64,000 nucleotides of DNA, taken from contig JBHIBG010000001.1 in NCBI GenBank assembly GCA_046758965.1, positions 83,914-147,913 of the forward strand, written 5' to 3'. Shown one piece after another: positions 30,122 through 39,848 of this stretch. Both the position numbers and the translations under genes were made by a program. The first letter of the stretch is position 1. Every line of letters begins with the position of its first letter. A model generated the notes under the pieces. It had not been told where the DNA came from, did not search any database, and saw only the letters and a list, made by a program, of their open reading frames with translations. The DNA is from Candidatus Methylomirabilia bacterium (lineage in GTDB: Bacteria > Methylomirabilota > Methylomirabilia > Rokubacteriales > CSP1-6).

Positions 30122-31912
30122 CTACTCCTCCTTCTCCTCCCACTTCCCGCCCATATTCTCCTCGTCGTATCCGTCGTGGCTTTTCTTCCTCCGCTGACGC
30201 TGCTTATGCTCCCGGAAGTCTTGGCTTTCGACGTCGGCAGCCAGGTCCTTTAGCGAAAGCCCGATCCGACGCTCGTTGGGCTCCACACGGATGACCATCA
30301 GGGTAAGCACGTCACCCACGTTGACGATCTCTTCCGGGCGGTTGACCGGGCGCACGGACATCTGCGAGGCGTGCAGAAGCCCATCGACTCCGGGCTCCAA
30401 CTCCACGAAAGCCCCGTAGTCAGTCAGCCGCACGATCTTTCCCTCGACCCGAGACCCCATGGGGTAGCGCGAGGCTACCTGCTCCCAGGGGTCCGGCTGG
30501 GTCTGCTTGAAGCCCAGGGAGATCCGCTTGGCCTCCTTGTCCACGTGCAGGACCATCGTCTCGATGGTTTGGCCCTTCTTCAGGAGCTCCGAGGGATGTC
30601 CGATATTGCGGGCCCAGGACATGTCCGAGATGTGGAGAAGCCCATCCACCCCCGGCTCCAGCTCCACGAAAGAGCCGTAGTCGGTGAGGTTCCTGACCCG
30701 TCCCTGCACCCGCATCCCGGGAGCATACCGCTCGTCGATTGTCAGCCAGGGGTCGGGCTCCACCTGCTTCATCCCCAGCGAGATCCGTTTGGAGCCCTTG
30801 TTGACCTCGAGGACCATGACCTCCATCTGATCGCCGACGTTCAAGAGCTTCGACGGGTGTCGCACCCGCCGGGTCCACGACATCTCGGAGACGTGGACGA
30901 GCCCCTCGACGCCCGGCTCGAGCTCCACGAAAGCCCCGTAGTTGGTGAGGCTCACGACCCGCCCGGTGATCCTACGGTCCACAGGATACCTCTCCTCCAC
31001 CGTCTCCCAAGGATCTCGGGTCTTCTGCTTGTATCCCAGCGAGACCCGACCGGTCTCCCGGTTGAAGTGGAGGACCATGACCTCGACTTGATCCCCCACG
31101 TGCAATAGCTCGGACGGATGGCCGATGCGCCCCCAGGACATGTCGGTGACATGAAGGAGTCCGTCGATCCCACCCAGGTCGATAAAGGCGCCGTAGTCCG
31201 TGATGTTCTTGACCGTGCCGGAGAGCACCATGCCCTCCTTCAGAATGGCGAGGGTCCCCTTGCGCCGCTCGCCCCGCTCTTCCTCCAGCACGGCCCGGCG
31301 GGAGAGCACGACATTGCCGCGACGCCGATTGAGCTTGATCACCTTGGCGCGGATCGTCTGACCGAGAAGCGAGGCCAGGTTCTTCACGGGGCGGAGGTCT
31401 ACCTGCGAGCCGGGTAGGAAGGCTTTGACGCCCACATCCACTGAGAGACCTCCCTTGACAACCTCCACCACGCGCCCTTCGACGGGGCTTCCCTCCTCGT
31501 AGGCGCGCGCGATCGTATCCCACACCTTGATCTTGTCGGCTTTTTCCTTGGAGAGGACGACGAGGCCCTCGGCGTCCTCTTTGGCCTCCAGGTAAACCTC
31601 GATCTCCGCCCCTACCTCAGGGATCGCCCCGAGGCGGCGGAACTCCTCAATGGGGATCGTCCCTTCGCTCTTGTAGCCGACGTCTACCAGGACCTCCGTG
31701 TCGCGCACCTGGACGACCCGGCCGCGAACGAGCTCTCCCTCCTCGACGTCCATAACCCACGTGCCGAGCCAGTCTTCCATGCGGTCCTCTGGTTCGCGCT
31801 GACGGTCAGAGGGTGCGGCCGGCTCTGCCACCTCCTTCCCGGGTTCCTTATCCTCGCCGGCACCGCTCGGGTTCCCCGCGAGGGTTCTTAACTTTTCCTC
31901 TTCTGGTGCCAT
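30122..31912 (-). CDS. rpsA: 30S ribosomal protein S1
   Basis: Six S1 repeats (YGAFVEL, GLLH, RISLG); GGAGG RBS. Confidence 0.97.
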   Translation of the reverse strand: MAPEEEKLRTLAGNPSGAGEDKEPGKEVAEPAAPSDRQREPEDRMEDWLGTWVMDVEEGELVRGRVVQVRDTEVLVDVGYKSEGTIPIEEFRRLGAIPEVGAEIEVYLEAKEDAEGLVVLSKEKADKIKVWDTIARAYEEGSPVEGRVVEVVKGGLSVDVGVKAFLPGSQVDLRPVKNLASLLGQTIRAKVIKLNRRRGNVVLSRRAVLEEERGERRKGTLAILKEGMVLSGTVKNITDYGAFIDLGGIDGLLHVTDMSWGRIGHPSELLHVGDQVEVMVLHFNRETGRVSLGYKQKTRDPWETVEERYPVDRRITGRVVSLTNYGAFVELEPGVEGLVHVSEMSWTRRVRHPSKLLNVGDQMEVMVLEVNKGSKRISLGMKQVEPDPWLTIDERYAPGMRVQGRVRNLTDYGSFVELEPGVDGLLHISDMSWARNIGHPSELLKKGQTIETMVLHVDKEAKRISLGFKQTQPDPWEQVASRYPMGSRVEGKIVRLTDYGAFVELEPGVDGLLHASQMSVRPVNRPEEIVNVGDVLTLMVIRVEPNERRIGLSLKDLAADVESQDFREHKQRQRRKKSHDGYDEENMGGKWEEKEE

Positions 31913-32009
31913 CCCCAAGTTTCCTCCTTCGTAGTTGCGCCCGGCAGAGCGGGACGCCGATTCTTCTCAGGCCTGGGCAGTCCAGTGTGCGCCCACCCGG
32001 CCTGTCGCT

Positions 32010-32681
32010 TCAACGTTTGTCACCGCTCGCGTGCCCCATCTCGACCGTGGAAAGTCCGGCGGTGCGAGCCCCGTCGGATTCCTGTCTGAGCCGCGCGATG
32101 GCGGTCATGATCGCGCGGCTCGTCTCTACGGCTCGCCCCCTTCGCCCGGCTCGGTCGCCGGCGGCGAAGGACAGGGGTGGGCCGAAGCTTACACGGATCT
32201 TCGCGGGCCGCGGGAGCCACCGGCCTCGAGGAAGCGCCTGGCCGCTCCCCGTGATCAAGGCCGGGACCACAGGCGCCCCGCTCAGCATGGCCAACATCCC
32301 GGCGCCAGGTCGTGCCTCCCGCAGCACGCCCTCCTCGCCGCGTGTCCCTTCCGGAAAGATCAGGAGTGCTCCGCGATCTCCGAGGATCCTGAGCGCGGTC
32401 CGGAGCGCCACCGGATCCGATCCATCCCGCCTCACCGGCCGGGCGTTCAGCCCATGAATGAGTCCGCCGAGGAGCGGGATCCTGAATAGCTCTGCTTTGG
32501 CCAGGAAGTGGAGCTGCCGGGGCGAGGCACCACTCACAATGGGTGGGTCCAGAAAGCTCGAGTGGTTCGCCGCGATGAGCAGTGGGCCGGAAGACGGGAT
32601 GTGCTCGACACCCCGGCTCTCCAGCCCGAACAGCCGGCGAAGCAGCCCCCGCGAGAGCCCGTTCACGACCTGGTAGAGCAC
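32010..32681 (-). CDS. plsC: 1-acyl-sn-glycerol-3-phosphate acyltransferase
   Basis: NHSSFLD, FLAKAELF, FPEGTR. Confidence 0.9.
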   Translation of the reverse strand: MLYQVVNGLSRGLLRRLFGLESRGVEHIPSSGPLLIAANHSSFLDPPIVSGASPRQLHFLAKAELFRIPLLGGLIHGLNARPVRRDGSDPVALRTALRILGDRGALLIFPEGTRGEEGVLREARPGAGMLAMLSGAPVVPALITGSGQALPRGRWLPRPAKIRVSFGPPLSFAAGDRAGRRGRAVETSRAIMTAIARLRQESDGARTAGLSTVEMGHASGDKR

Positions 32682-33385
32682 CGGAACCGCTCCACTTCCG
32701 CGAGCATGTGCTGCACGACCTGGTTCACGGACAGGTTCGTCGAGTCGATGACCGTAGCACCCTCCGGGATGACGAGTGGCGCCAGCTCCCGACTCCAATC
32801 CTGGCGGTCTCGGGCGTCGAGCTCGGCCGTCACTTCGTCGAGCCCTCGTGGGGTCCCCCGGCCTTCGAGATCGCGCATTCGCCTGAGGACGCGGACCTCC
32901 TGCGAGGCGTCCAGGAAGAACTTCAAATCCGCTTCAGGGCAGACCACGCTCCCGGTGTCCCGTCCCTCCAGCACGACCCCACCGCCGCTCGCCAGCTCCC
33001 GTTGGATGGGCGTTGCTTTCTCCCTGACCGACGGCAACGTGGTGAGCCGAGAAGTGAGCGCTCCGATCTTTGGGGTGCGAATCTCATCGCTGATGTCGCG
33101 GCCGTTGAGGAGGATCCGCCCATTTCTGAGCTCCAGCAGGCTCTCGGCGAGGAGAGTCCGGAGCTCGGGCCCCTCAGAGGGCTCGACTCCTGCCTCGAGC
33201 GCTCTGAGGGCCAGGGCCCGGTACATGGCTCCAGTGTCAACCAGGCGGAACCCGAGCTGCCTGGCCAGCTCTCGGGCGGCCGTGCTCTTTCCCGCTCCCG
33301 CGGGGCCGTCAATCGTGATCACCGGCTCGCGCCGCGGCGGGCTTGCCGCCCCCTCCCGTTTCCCTCTCGGACGGCTCCCACTCAT
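32663..33385 (-). CDS. cmk: Cytidylate kinase
   Basis: IDGPAGAGKST, DTGAMYR, EGRDTG. Confidence 0.95.
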   Translation of the reverse strand: MSGSRPRGKREGAASPPRREPVITIDGPAGAGKSTAARELARQLGFRLVDTGAMYRALALRALEAGVEPSEGPELRTLLAESLLELRNGRILLNGRDISDEIRTPKIGALTSRLTTLPSVREKATPIQRELASGGGVVLEGRDTGSVVCPEADLKFFLDASQEVRVLRRMRDLEGRGTPRGLDEVTAELDARDRQDWSRELAPLVIPEGATVIDSTNLSVNQVVQHMLAEVERFRCSTRS

Positions 33386-34746
33386 GGTTCCACGGTGAGG
33401 CATGGCTCCCCCACCAGCGATAGGAGAGTCGGGAGAAACTCAGGGAAGGAGGTGGCGATCGGGCCGACGTCTTCGACTACTGTAGACCCCTGGGCGACGA
33501 GCCCCGCCACCACCAGCGCCATGGCCATCCGGTGGTCACCGTGGCTGTGCACGCGGGCGCCTGTCAAAGGCTGCCTTCCTCGGATCAGAAACCCGCCCTC
33601 GCGCTCCTCGATGAGCACGCCCAGTTTCGCGAGCTCGGTGGCAATGACCCGGATCCGATCAGATTCCTTGACGCGGAGCTCCTTGGCATCGGTGACCTCG
33701 GTCACTCCCTCGGCCATCGCGGCCGCCACAGCCAAGATCGGGAGTTCGTCAACGAGCCGGGGGATCAGCGGTCCCCCGACGCGCGCTCCGCGAAGCCGGC
33801 TCGAGGTCACGGTGAGCGTCGCGATCGGCTCGCCCTCGTCGCGGGCTGGCTCCCCCGAAGGCTTCAGCTGATGAAGCCCTAACTGCTGAGGATCGAGCTT
33901 CTGGTCGAATTCGATCCTCCCCCCCATCTCGCTCAGGATGTCGAGCAGACCTGTCCGCGTCGGGTTGACCCCGACCTCCCTGAGCACCACCCGACTGTCG
34001 GGGATGAGGCAGCCGGCAACAATGAAGAACGCCGCCGAAGAGAAATCGCCGGGGATCTGGACGACCTGACCGCGGAGCTTGCGGCCGGGGGTGAGGGCCA
34101 CGCGAGCACCCTCACGCTCAACCTGCGCCCCGAAGCGCGCCAGAATCAGCTCCGTGTGGTTCCGCGAAGCTGCCGGCTCCTCGACCGTGACGGGTCCGTC
34201 TGCCGCGAGTCCCGCCAGGAGCAGGGCGGATTTGGCCTGGGCTGAGGCCACAGGCAGGCGATGCGCGCATCCCCGGAGCGGGCGCCGTCCCCGAATCGCA
34301 AGCGGCAAGCGTGCTCCGCCCTGCCGACCGACCACTGTCGCTCCCATCCGAGCGAGCGGCTCTGTGACGCGCTCCATGGGGCGCCGCCGCAAGGAGTCGT
34401 CACCGGTCAGGACAGACGAAAACGGCTGTCCGGCAAGCATCCCGAGAAGAAGCCTGGCCGACGTCCCTGAGTTGCCGCAGTCGAGAACTGACTCGGGCTC
34501 CTGAAGCCCGAGAAGCCCCACGCCTTCCACCCGGTAGTGGCCGGGGCCCTTCCGCGTGACTTCCACGCCGAGGGCCTCGAGGGCGCGGAGCGTGTTGAGG
34601 CAGTCCTCCGCTTCAAGAAATCGAGAGATCTCCGTCGGGCCCACCGCCAGGCTTCCGACGATCGCGGCCCGGTGGGAAATGGACTTGTCCCCCGGCAGCT
34701 GGATGGTCCCGTCAAGGCGGCGATGGGGCCGGACGACCACCCTCAT
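33382..34746 (-). CDS. aroA: EPSP synthase (class II)
   Basis: PGDKSISHR, GNSGTSAR, SAQAKS, RNHTE, ELRVKESDR, DHRMAM. Confidence 0.96.
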   Translation of the reverse strand: MRVVVRPHRRLDGTIQLPGDKSISHRAAIVGSLAVGPTEISRFLEAEDCLNTLRALEALGVEVTRKGPGHYRVEGVGLLGLQEPESVLDCGNSGTSARLLLGMLAGQPFSSVLTGDDSLRRRPMERVTEPLARMGATVVGRQGGARLPLAIRGRRPLRGCAHRLPVASAQAKSALLLAGLAADGPVTVEEPAASRNHTELILARFGAQVEREGARVALTPGRKLRGQVVQIPGDFSSAAFFIVAGCLIPDSRVVLREVGVNPTRTGLLDILSEMGGRIEFDQKLDPQQLGLHQLKPSGEPARDEGEPIATLTVTSSRLRGARVGGPLIPRLVDELPILAVAAAMAEGVTEVTDAKELRVKESDRIRVIATELAKLGVLIEEREGGFLIRGRQPLTGARVHSHGDHRMAMALVVAGLVAQGSTVVEDVGPIATSFPEFLPTLLSLVGEPCLTVEP

Positions 34747-35591
34747 CGGATCACCTCCCGGATCGCTCGGATTCGCGCAAGCTCCCGGTCCAGGCCGGTG
34801 GCGTCGCCCGCCGAGATCAGCTGCTCCAACCGCCCCAACGCGGCGCGGAACGCCGCCAGGGTCTCGGCCATCGCAGACCGGTTCGAGAGGAAGATCTCCC
34901 GCCAGAGCTGCGGCTCCGATGCCGCGATCCGCGTGGTGTCCTTGAACCCGCGGGCGGCGAACCCCATGGCCGCGGGCTCGACGCCGGCCACGGCGTCGAC
35001 GAGCGCAAAGGCCAGGAGATGAGGCAGGTGGCTCACCGCCGCCACCACGCGGTCATGAAGATCAGGGTCAAGGGTTGCCACCCGCGCCCCCAGGGCTTCC
35101 CAGAAACCCCCGACGCATTTGACTGCTCTGGGATCCGTCAGCTCGGTCGGGGTGAGGATCACGGTCGCTCCGGCGAACAGATCGACCCGTGCGGCAGCGT
35201 ACCCGCTCTTCTCGGAGCCCGCCATCGGATGGCCTCCGACAAAGGCTCGCGGGTGCGAGCGCCCGAGCCGCTCGGCAGTGCGGACGATGGCGGCCTTGGT
35301 GCTCCCCACGTCGGTCAGGACAGCCTCCTGAGGGGCGAGCGTCCAGACCTCGGGCAGCAGGGCTTCGAGCGTTGCCACCGGCAGGGCGAGCAGAACAAAG
35401 TCTGCCCCGTCCACCCCGTCCGCGAGATCGGCCGTGGCGCGATCCACTATCCCGTCTCTCAGAGCCGGCGTCAGCCGATGGGCCCGGCGTCCTACGGCCA
35501 CGATCTCACGCGCCAGCTCACGCTCGCGTGCGGCCTTGGCCACGGAGCCACCCAGGAGTCCCAACCCGACCACTACCAGCCGTTGGATCAC
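34743..35591 (-). CDS. tyrA: Prephenate/arogenate dehydrogenase
   Basis: GLGLLGGS, DVGSTK, HPMAGSE, SHLPH, GFKDTTRIA. Confidence 0.93.
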   Translation of the reverse strand: MIQRLVVVGLGLLGGSVAKAARERELAREIVAVGRRAHRLTPALRDGIVDRATADLADGVDGADFVLLALPVATLEALLPEVWTLAPQEAVLTDVGSTKAAIVRTAERLGRSHPRAFVGGHPMAGSEKSGYAAARVDLFAGATVILTPTELTDPRAVKCVGGFWEALGARVATLDPDLHDRVVAAVSHLPHLLAFALVDAVAGVEPAAMGFAARGFKDTTRIAASEPQLWREIFLSNRSAMAETLAAFRAALGRLEQLISAGDATGLDRELARIRAIREVIR

Positions 35592-36703
35592 GGGCGACGA
35601 ACCTCCCCGACGACTTTCTTGAGGGCCTTGATGAGCCGGCGGTTCTCCTCGGGAGTTCCAACGGTGATCCGAAGCGCGGTCTCCATGCCGAAGCTGGTCA
35701 TGGGTCGGACGATGACGCCCTCGGAGAGCAAGCGCTGGTAGACCTCGGCGGCGTCCCGACCGACGTCCACGAGGATGAAGTTCGCTCGGGAGGGGACATA
35801 GGAGAGCCCGAACGACGAGAACTCGTCGTAGAGGTAGGCCTTGCCCGCTTCGATGAGGCGCAGGCATTCGAGGGTGTGTGAATCGTCCTCGAGGGCGGCC
35901 AAAGCGGCGATCTGGGCCAGGGAGTTTGCGTTGAACGGCTGGCGGACCCGGTGGAGCAGGGCTATGGCGTCGCCATCCGCGATGGCGTATCCCACGCGAA
36001 GCCCGGCCAGGCTGGCGGCCTTCGAGAAGGTCCGGAGGATGAAGACCTTCCGGCCGTTGCGCAAGTAGCTCATCGAGTCGGGAAAGTCCGGACCTTGGGC
36101 GAACTCCCAGTAGGCTTCATCGAAGACCACGATGACCCGGTCGGGGATCCGCGCCACGAATGCGTCGACGTCCTCTTTCGTGACGATCGTGGCGGTGGGG
36201 TTGTTCGGGTTGGCGATGAATACCAGTTTGGTGAGCGGCGTGATCGCCCGGGCCATGGCATCGAGGTCGAGCCGGTGGTCCTTCAGGGTGATGACCACGC
36301 GGATCCCGCCAGCGGCCTGCACGATCATGGGGTAGACCACGAACGAGGGATGAGGCACGACGGCTTCTTCGCCGGACCGGAGGAAGCCCCGGACGATCAG
36401 CTCGATCAGCTCGTTGGACCCGTTGCCGAGGATGATTTGCTCGGGATCCACGCGGTGGCGGTGAGCCAGAGCCCGCCGCAGGTAGTAGCCGCTCCCGTCC
36501 GGGTAGCGGTTGAGCTGGTGGAGCGCATTCGTGATCGCCTTTTGGACCCGCTCCGAGGGGGGAAGAGGGTTCTCGTTGGAGGCCAGCTTGATGGCGTCGG
36601 TGATTCCCAGCTCGCGTTCCAGCTCCCCGATCGGTTTCCCGGGCTCATATGGCGCGATGCCCAGGATGTGTTCGTTGGACAGGGACTCCCAAGAGATCGA
36701 CAT
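35588..36703 (-). CDS. hisC: Histidinol-phosphate/aromatic aminotransferase
   Basis: YEPGKP, KLASNEN, GNGSNE, NPNNPT, DEAY, RTFSK. Confidence 0.93.
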   Translation of the reverse strand: MSISWESLSNEHILGIAPYEPGKPIGELERELGITDAIKLASNENPLPPSERVQKAITNALHQLNRYPDGSGYYLRRALAHRHRVDPEQIILGNGSNELIELIVRGFLRSGEEAVVPHPSFVVYPMIVQAAGGIRVVITLKDHRLDLDAMARAITPLTKLVFIANPNNPTATIVTKEDVDAFVARIPDRVIVVFDEAYWEFAQGPDFPDSMSYLRNGRKVFILRTFSKAASLAGLRVGYAIADGDAIALLHRVRQPFNANSLAQIAALAALEDDSHTLECLRLIEAGKAYLYDEFSSFGLSYVPSRANFILVDVGRDAAEVYQRLLSEGVIVRPMTSFGMETALRITVGTPEENRRLIKALKKVVGEVRRP

Positions 36704-36714
36704 GGGATGGCTCC

Positions 36715-37776
36715 TTAGGCGGCCGGGTACGATCCAAGGATCTTGATGAAGAGGCAGCGCTCCCGGATCTCCGCCAGAACGGCCTGGACAGCTGGCATCT
36801 CCCGGTGCCCCTCGAAGTCCACGAAGAAGACGTACTCCCAGGGGCGCCGCTTGGTCGGCCGCGATTCGATCTTCGTCAGGTTGAGGCCGTGACGCGCAAA
36901 GGGCTCGAGGAACTTTGCGAGCGCTCCCACCTCGTGCTTGATGGAGCAGAGGATCGAGGTCTTGTCCTTCCCGGTGGGGGCCATCGCTCGCCGCCCCATT
37001 ACCAGGAAGCGTGTCGAGTTGAACGGGTGGTCTTCGATCCGGCTCCGGAGCACCGGGAGGTTGTAGAGGCGGGCAGCCAGCTCGGAGGCGATGGCCCCGC
37101 TCGTCGGGTCATCGAGCGCGCTCTTGGCCGCCGCAGCGGTAGAGGGGACCTCCACCACGGAGACATCCGGCAGGTTGACCGCTAGCCACTCGCGGCACTG
37201 CGCCAGGGCCTGGGGGTGCGAGCACACGCTCCGGATCTCGGCGACGTCGGAGGCACGGGAGAGCAGCTGGTGGCTGATGTCGAGCAGGACCTCACCGGTG
37301 ATCACGAGATCCGAATCCATGAGCCGATCCAGTGTGACGTTGACCGAGCCCTCGGTGGAGTTCTCCACCGGAACGACGCCGAATAGAGCTTGCTCCCTCT
37401 CGACCTCCTCGAAGACTCCGCCGACACCCCTGCTGGGAACGAAGCGCGCAGAGAAGCCGAACCGAAGGACCGCCGCCTGGTGGGTGAAGGTGGCGGGCGG
37501 ACCGAGGTAGGCAACGGCGATGGGCTGCTCGAGGGCGAGGGAGGCCGACAGGACTTCACGCCAGACTGCCTTGATCCCTTCTGGGGGAAAGGGACCGGAG
37601 TTCAGGCCCAGGAGGCGGCTGACAACCTCCGCCTCACGCTCAGGCACGTAGTAAGGGAGGTCCTGTTGGCGCTTCAGCTCTCCGATCCGGAGAGCCGCCG
37701 CCGCACGCTGGTTCAGGAGATCGAGGATCTGTTGGTCGAGCTCATTGATCCTGGAACGCCAATCGTCCAGGTCCAT
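36715..37776 (-). CDS. pheA: Chorismate mutase/prephenate dehydratase (P-protein)
   Basis: N-terminal AroQ domain, PVENSTEG, SHPQALAQC, TRF, IESRP. Confidence 0.95.
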   Translation of the reverse strand: MDLDDWRSRINELDQQILDLLNQRAAAALRIGELKRQQDLPYYVPEREAEVVSRLLGLNSGPFPPEGIKAVWREVLSASLALEQPIAVAYLGPPATFTHQAAVLRFGFSARFVPSRGVGGVFEEVEREQALFGVVPVENSTEGSVNVTLDRLMDSDLVITGEVLLDISHQLLSRASDVAEIRSVCSHPQALAQCREWLAVNLPDVSVVEVPSTAAAAKSALDDPTSGAIASELAARLYNLPVLRSRIEDHPFNSTRFLVMGRRAMAPTGKDKTSILCSIKHEVGALAKFLEPFARHGLNLTKIESRPTKRRPWEYVFFVDFEGHREMPAVQAVLAEIRERCLFIKILGSYPAA

Positions 37777-37817
37777 AGAAACTCCCGACGACTACCGACT
37801 TTGCCTAAATCCGAGCC

Positions 37818-37846
37818 ATTATAGTGAATCCCGTTCCCCGGTGCAA
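37818..37846 (-). promoter_or_regulatory. Putative sigma70 promoter of pheA
   Basis: TTGCAC-N17-TATAAT; the -10 box contains the rluB stop codon. Confidence 0.65.
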
Positions 37847-38571
37847 GCGTTCCCGGACCCGAGGACCGGCAGGCGGCGGAGCTCCCAGGAAGTGAGCGGT
37901 CGCGCCGCACCCGGGCTAAGACGGCCGAGGCGGAGAGGGCCGAACTGGACGCGACGCAGCCGGAGCACCCGGTGGCCGAGCGCTGCGCAGAAGCGCTTCA
38001 CCTCGCGGTAGCGCCCCTCGCTGAACGTGAGGCTGAGCCAGCTCGTCACCCGCGTTCGGCGAAGCAGTCGAACAACGGCCGGTTTGGCCACCCCGTCCTC
38101 GAGGACCACACCCTGCCGGAACCGCGACAGATCGGCCGGCGTGAGCTGCCCCTCGACCTCCGCCTCATAGACCCGCCGGACCCTGAATCGGGGGTGCAGC
38201 AGTCGCTGGGCTAGCCCCCCGTCGTTGGTGAGGAGCAGTACGCCTTCGGTGTCTCGGTCGAGGCGCCCCACCGGAAAGAGCCTGGCCTGCTCCCCCCGTA
38301 CCAGATCCAAGACCACGGGACGCCTCTGCGGGTCACGCCGGCTGGTGAGGTAGCCGCGCGGCTTGTGAAGCAGGAGATACCGCTTCGGCTCCGAGGTCGG
38401 GATGGGATGGCCATCAACGAGGATCCGATCACGGTGTGGATCGGCGAGCCCCCCGGGGCTGGTCACCCGCGCTCCGTTGACGGTGACCCGGCCCTCCCGG
38501 ATGAGCCGCTCACTCCCCCGGCGCGAGGCGAGCCCCGCTTCCGCCAGGATCTTGTTCAGGCGCCTCTGCAA
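37819..38571 (-). CDS. rluB: rRNA pseudouridine synthase (RluB/RsuA family)
   Basis: S4 domain, HKPRG, PVGRLD, EGRYREVKR; follows scpAB. Confidence 0.85.
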   Translation of the reverse strand: MQRRLNKILAEAGLASRRGSERLIREGRVTVNGARVTSPGGLADPHRDRILVDGHPIPTSEPKRYLLLHKPRGYLTSRRDPQRRPVVLDLVRGEQARLFPVGRLDRDTEGVLLLTNDGGLAQRLLHPRFRVRRVYEAEVEGQLTPADLSRFRQGVVLEDGVAKPAVVRLLRRTRVTSWLSLTFSEGRYREVKRFCAALGHRVLRLRRVQFGPLRLGRLSPGAARPLTSWELRRLPVLGSGNACTGERDSL

Positions 38572-39100
38572 CGGCGGTCTGAGCGTCAGGCGGATTCCCT
38601 TCCGCCTGCGGCAGGTCAGCCAGGTCCCTGAGCCCAAAGGCGACCAGGAACTCCCGCGTGGTTTCGTAGAGGAATGGACGGCCCGGCGCGTCCTTGCGCC
38701 CGGCGATCCGGATCAACCGGCGATCGAGCAGGCTTTCGAGCACACCTTCTGAATTGACGCCTCGGGTCAGGTCAATTTCCGGTCGGGAGACCGGCTGCCG
38801 GTAGGCGACGATGGCCAGGGTTTCGAGGGCTGGACGGGAGAGCCGGGTTTTGGTCCGGCTCCGAGCGAGACGGACCAGCCAGGGGGCCAGCTCCGGCCGG
38901 GTGACCATCCTGAATCCCCCGCCCGCCTCTACGATCTGGAGTGATCCGCCCTCCGCCTCGTACCGCGACTGCAGCTGGTCCACGAGCGCGCGGGCGTCGC
39001 CCGCGCTCGGCAGCTCGAGCAGCTCCTGGATCCGCTCAGCTTCCACGGGGGTGTCTGAGGCGAACAGCAGCGCCTCGAGGATCTCGTTCGGGCTAGGCAT
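38510..39100 (-). CDS. scpB: SMC-Scp complex subunit ScpB
   Basis: LEALLFAS, LSRPALETLAIVAYRQP, GRPFLYETT. Confidence 0.93.
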   Translation of the reverse strand: MPSPNEILEALLFASDTPVEAERIQELLELPSAGDARALVDQLQSRYEAEGGSLQIVEAGGGFRMVTRPELAPWLVRLARSRTKTRLSRPALETLAIVAYRQPVSRPEIDLTRGVNSEGVLESLLDRRLIRIAGRKDAPGRPFLYETTREFLVAFGLRDLADLPQAEGNPPDAQTAVAEAPEQDPGGSGARLAPGE

Positions 39101-39848
39101 GGTCAGGACGCTCCTCGTAGGCTCGCTCGATGACAATCTCTCCAAACAACTCCTGCTGCCGCGCGCGTGCCTGGCCCACCCGCACGACCTCCAGGAGGGC
39201 CAGGAGGGTGACGCTAAGCTCGGACCGAGTCCGGCCGTCACCAACCAGGGAGGAGAAGAGGAGCGACCACGTGTGTCGAAGGAGGCTGACGATCTCGGCC
39301 ATCCGCTCCAGCACCGAGGGGGGGTCGGGCCCCACCTCCTGGGGCCGGTCCCGCTCAGCGCGCTGTAGGAGCTTCTGATAGGCCTCCACCAGGAGGTGAA
39401 CGGAGAGATCCTCGAGCGGGATTTCCTCTGCCGCCGGGAGGCCGCTTGCCGGTCGGCCGAAGAGCCGGGACTGCGCCTCCTCCCGCTCGGCGAACCAGAG
39501 CCCGATCTCTTTGATGCGCGCGTACGCCCTGAGCCGCTCCTCGAGCTCCTGCCTCATGCGCTCCCCTTCCTCATCGAGCTGCTCGTCATCGGATCCGGGA
39601 ACCGGCAGAAGCAGTCTCGACTTGAGATACATGAGGGTGGCAGCCATGACCACGAAGGCGCCTGCGGCCTCGAGGTCCTGGAACTCAATGGCCTCGAGAT
39701 GGCTCACATACTGATCGGTGATGATGCGGATCGGCAGGCAGGCCAGGTCGATCTCGCTGGTCCGGCAGAGGTGGAGGAGGAGGTCGAGCGGCCCTTCGAA
39801 GGATTCGACCCGGACCGTAATGCCGCGGGGTTCAACCGCGGTGCTCAC
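39093..39848 (-). CDS. scpA: Segregation/condensation protein ScpA
   Basis: FEGPLDLLLHL, MAATLMYLKSRLLLP, LALLE, QQELFGEI. Confidence 0.93.
   Translation of the reverse strand: MSTAVEPRGITVRVESFEGPLDLLLHLCRTSEIDLACLPIRIITDQYVSHLEAIEFQDLEAAGAFVVMAATLMYLKSRLLLPVPGSDDEQLDEEGERMRQELEERLRAYARIKEIGLWFAEREEAQSRLFGRPASGLPAAEEIPLEDLSVHLLVEAYQKLLQRAERDRPQEVGPDPPSVLERMAEIVSLLRHTWSLLFSSLVGDGRTRSELSVTLLALLEVVRVGQARARQQELFGEIVIERAYEERPDHA

Noticed and set aside
30240..31230. Repeated nucleotide blocks such as CTCCACGAAAG...CCGTAGT
   Set aside because: These are coding S1-domain repeats of rpsA, not a CRISPR array.
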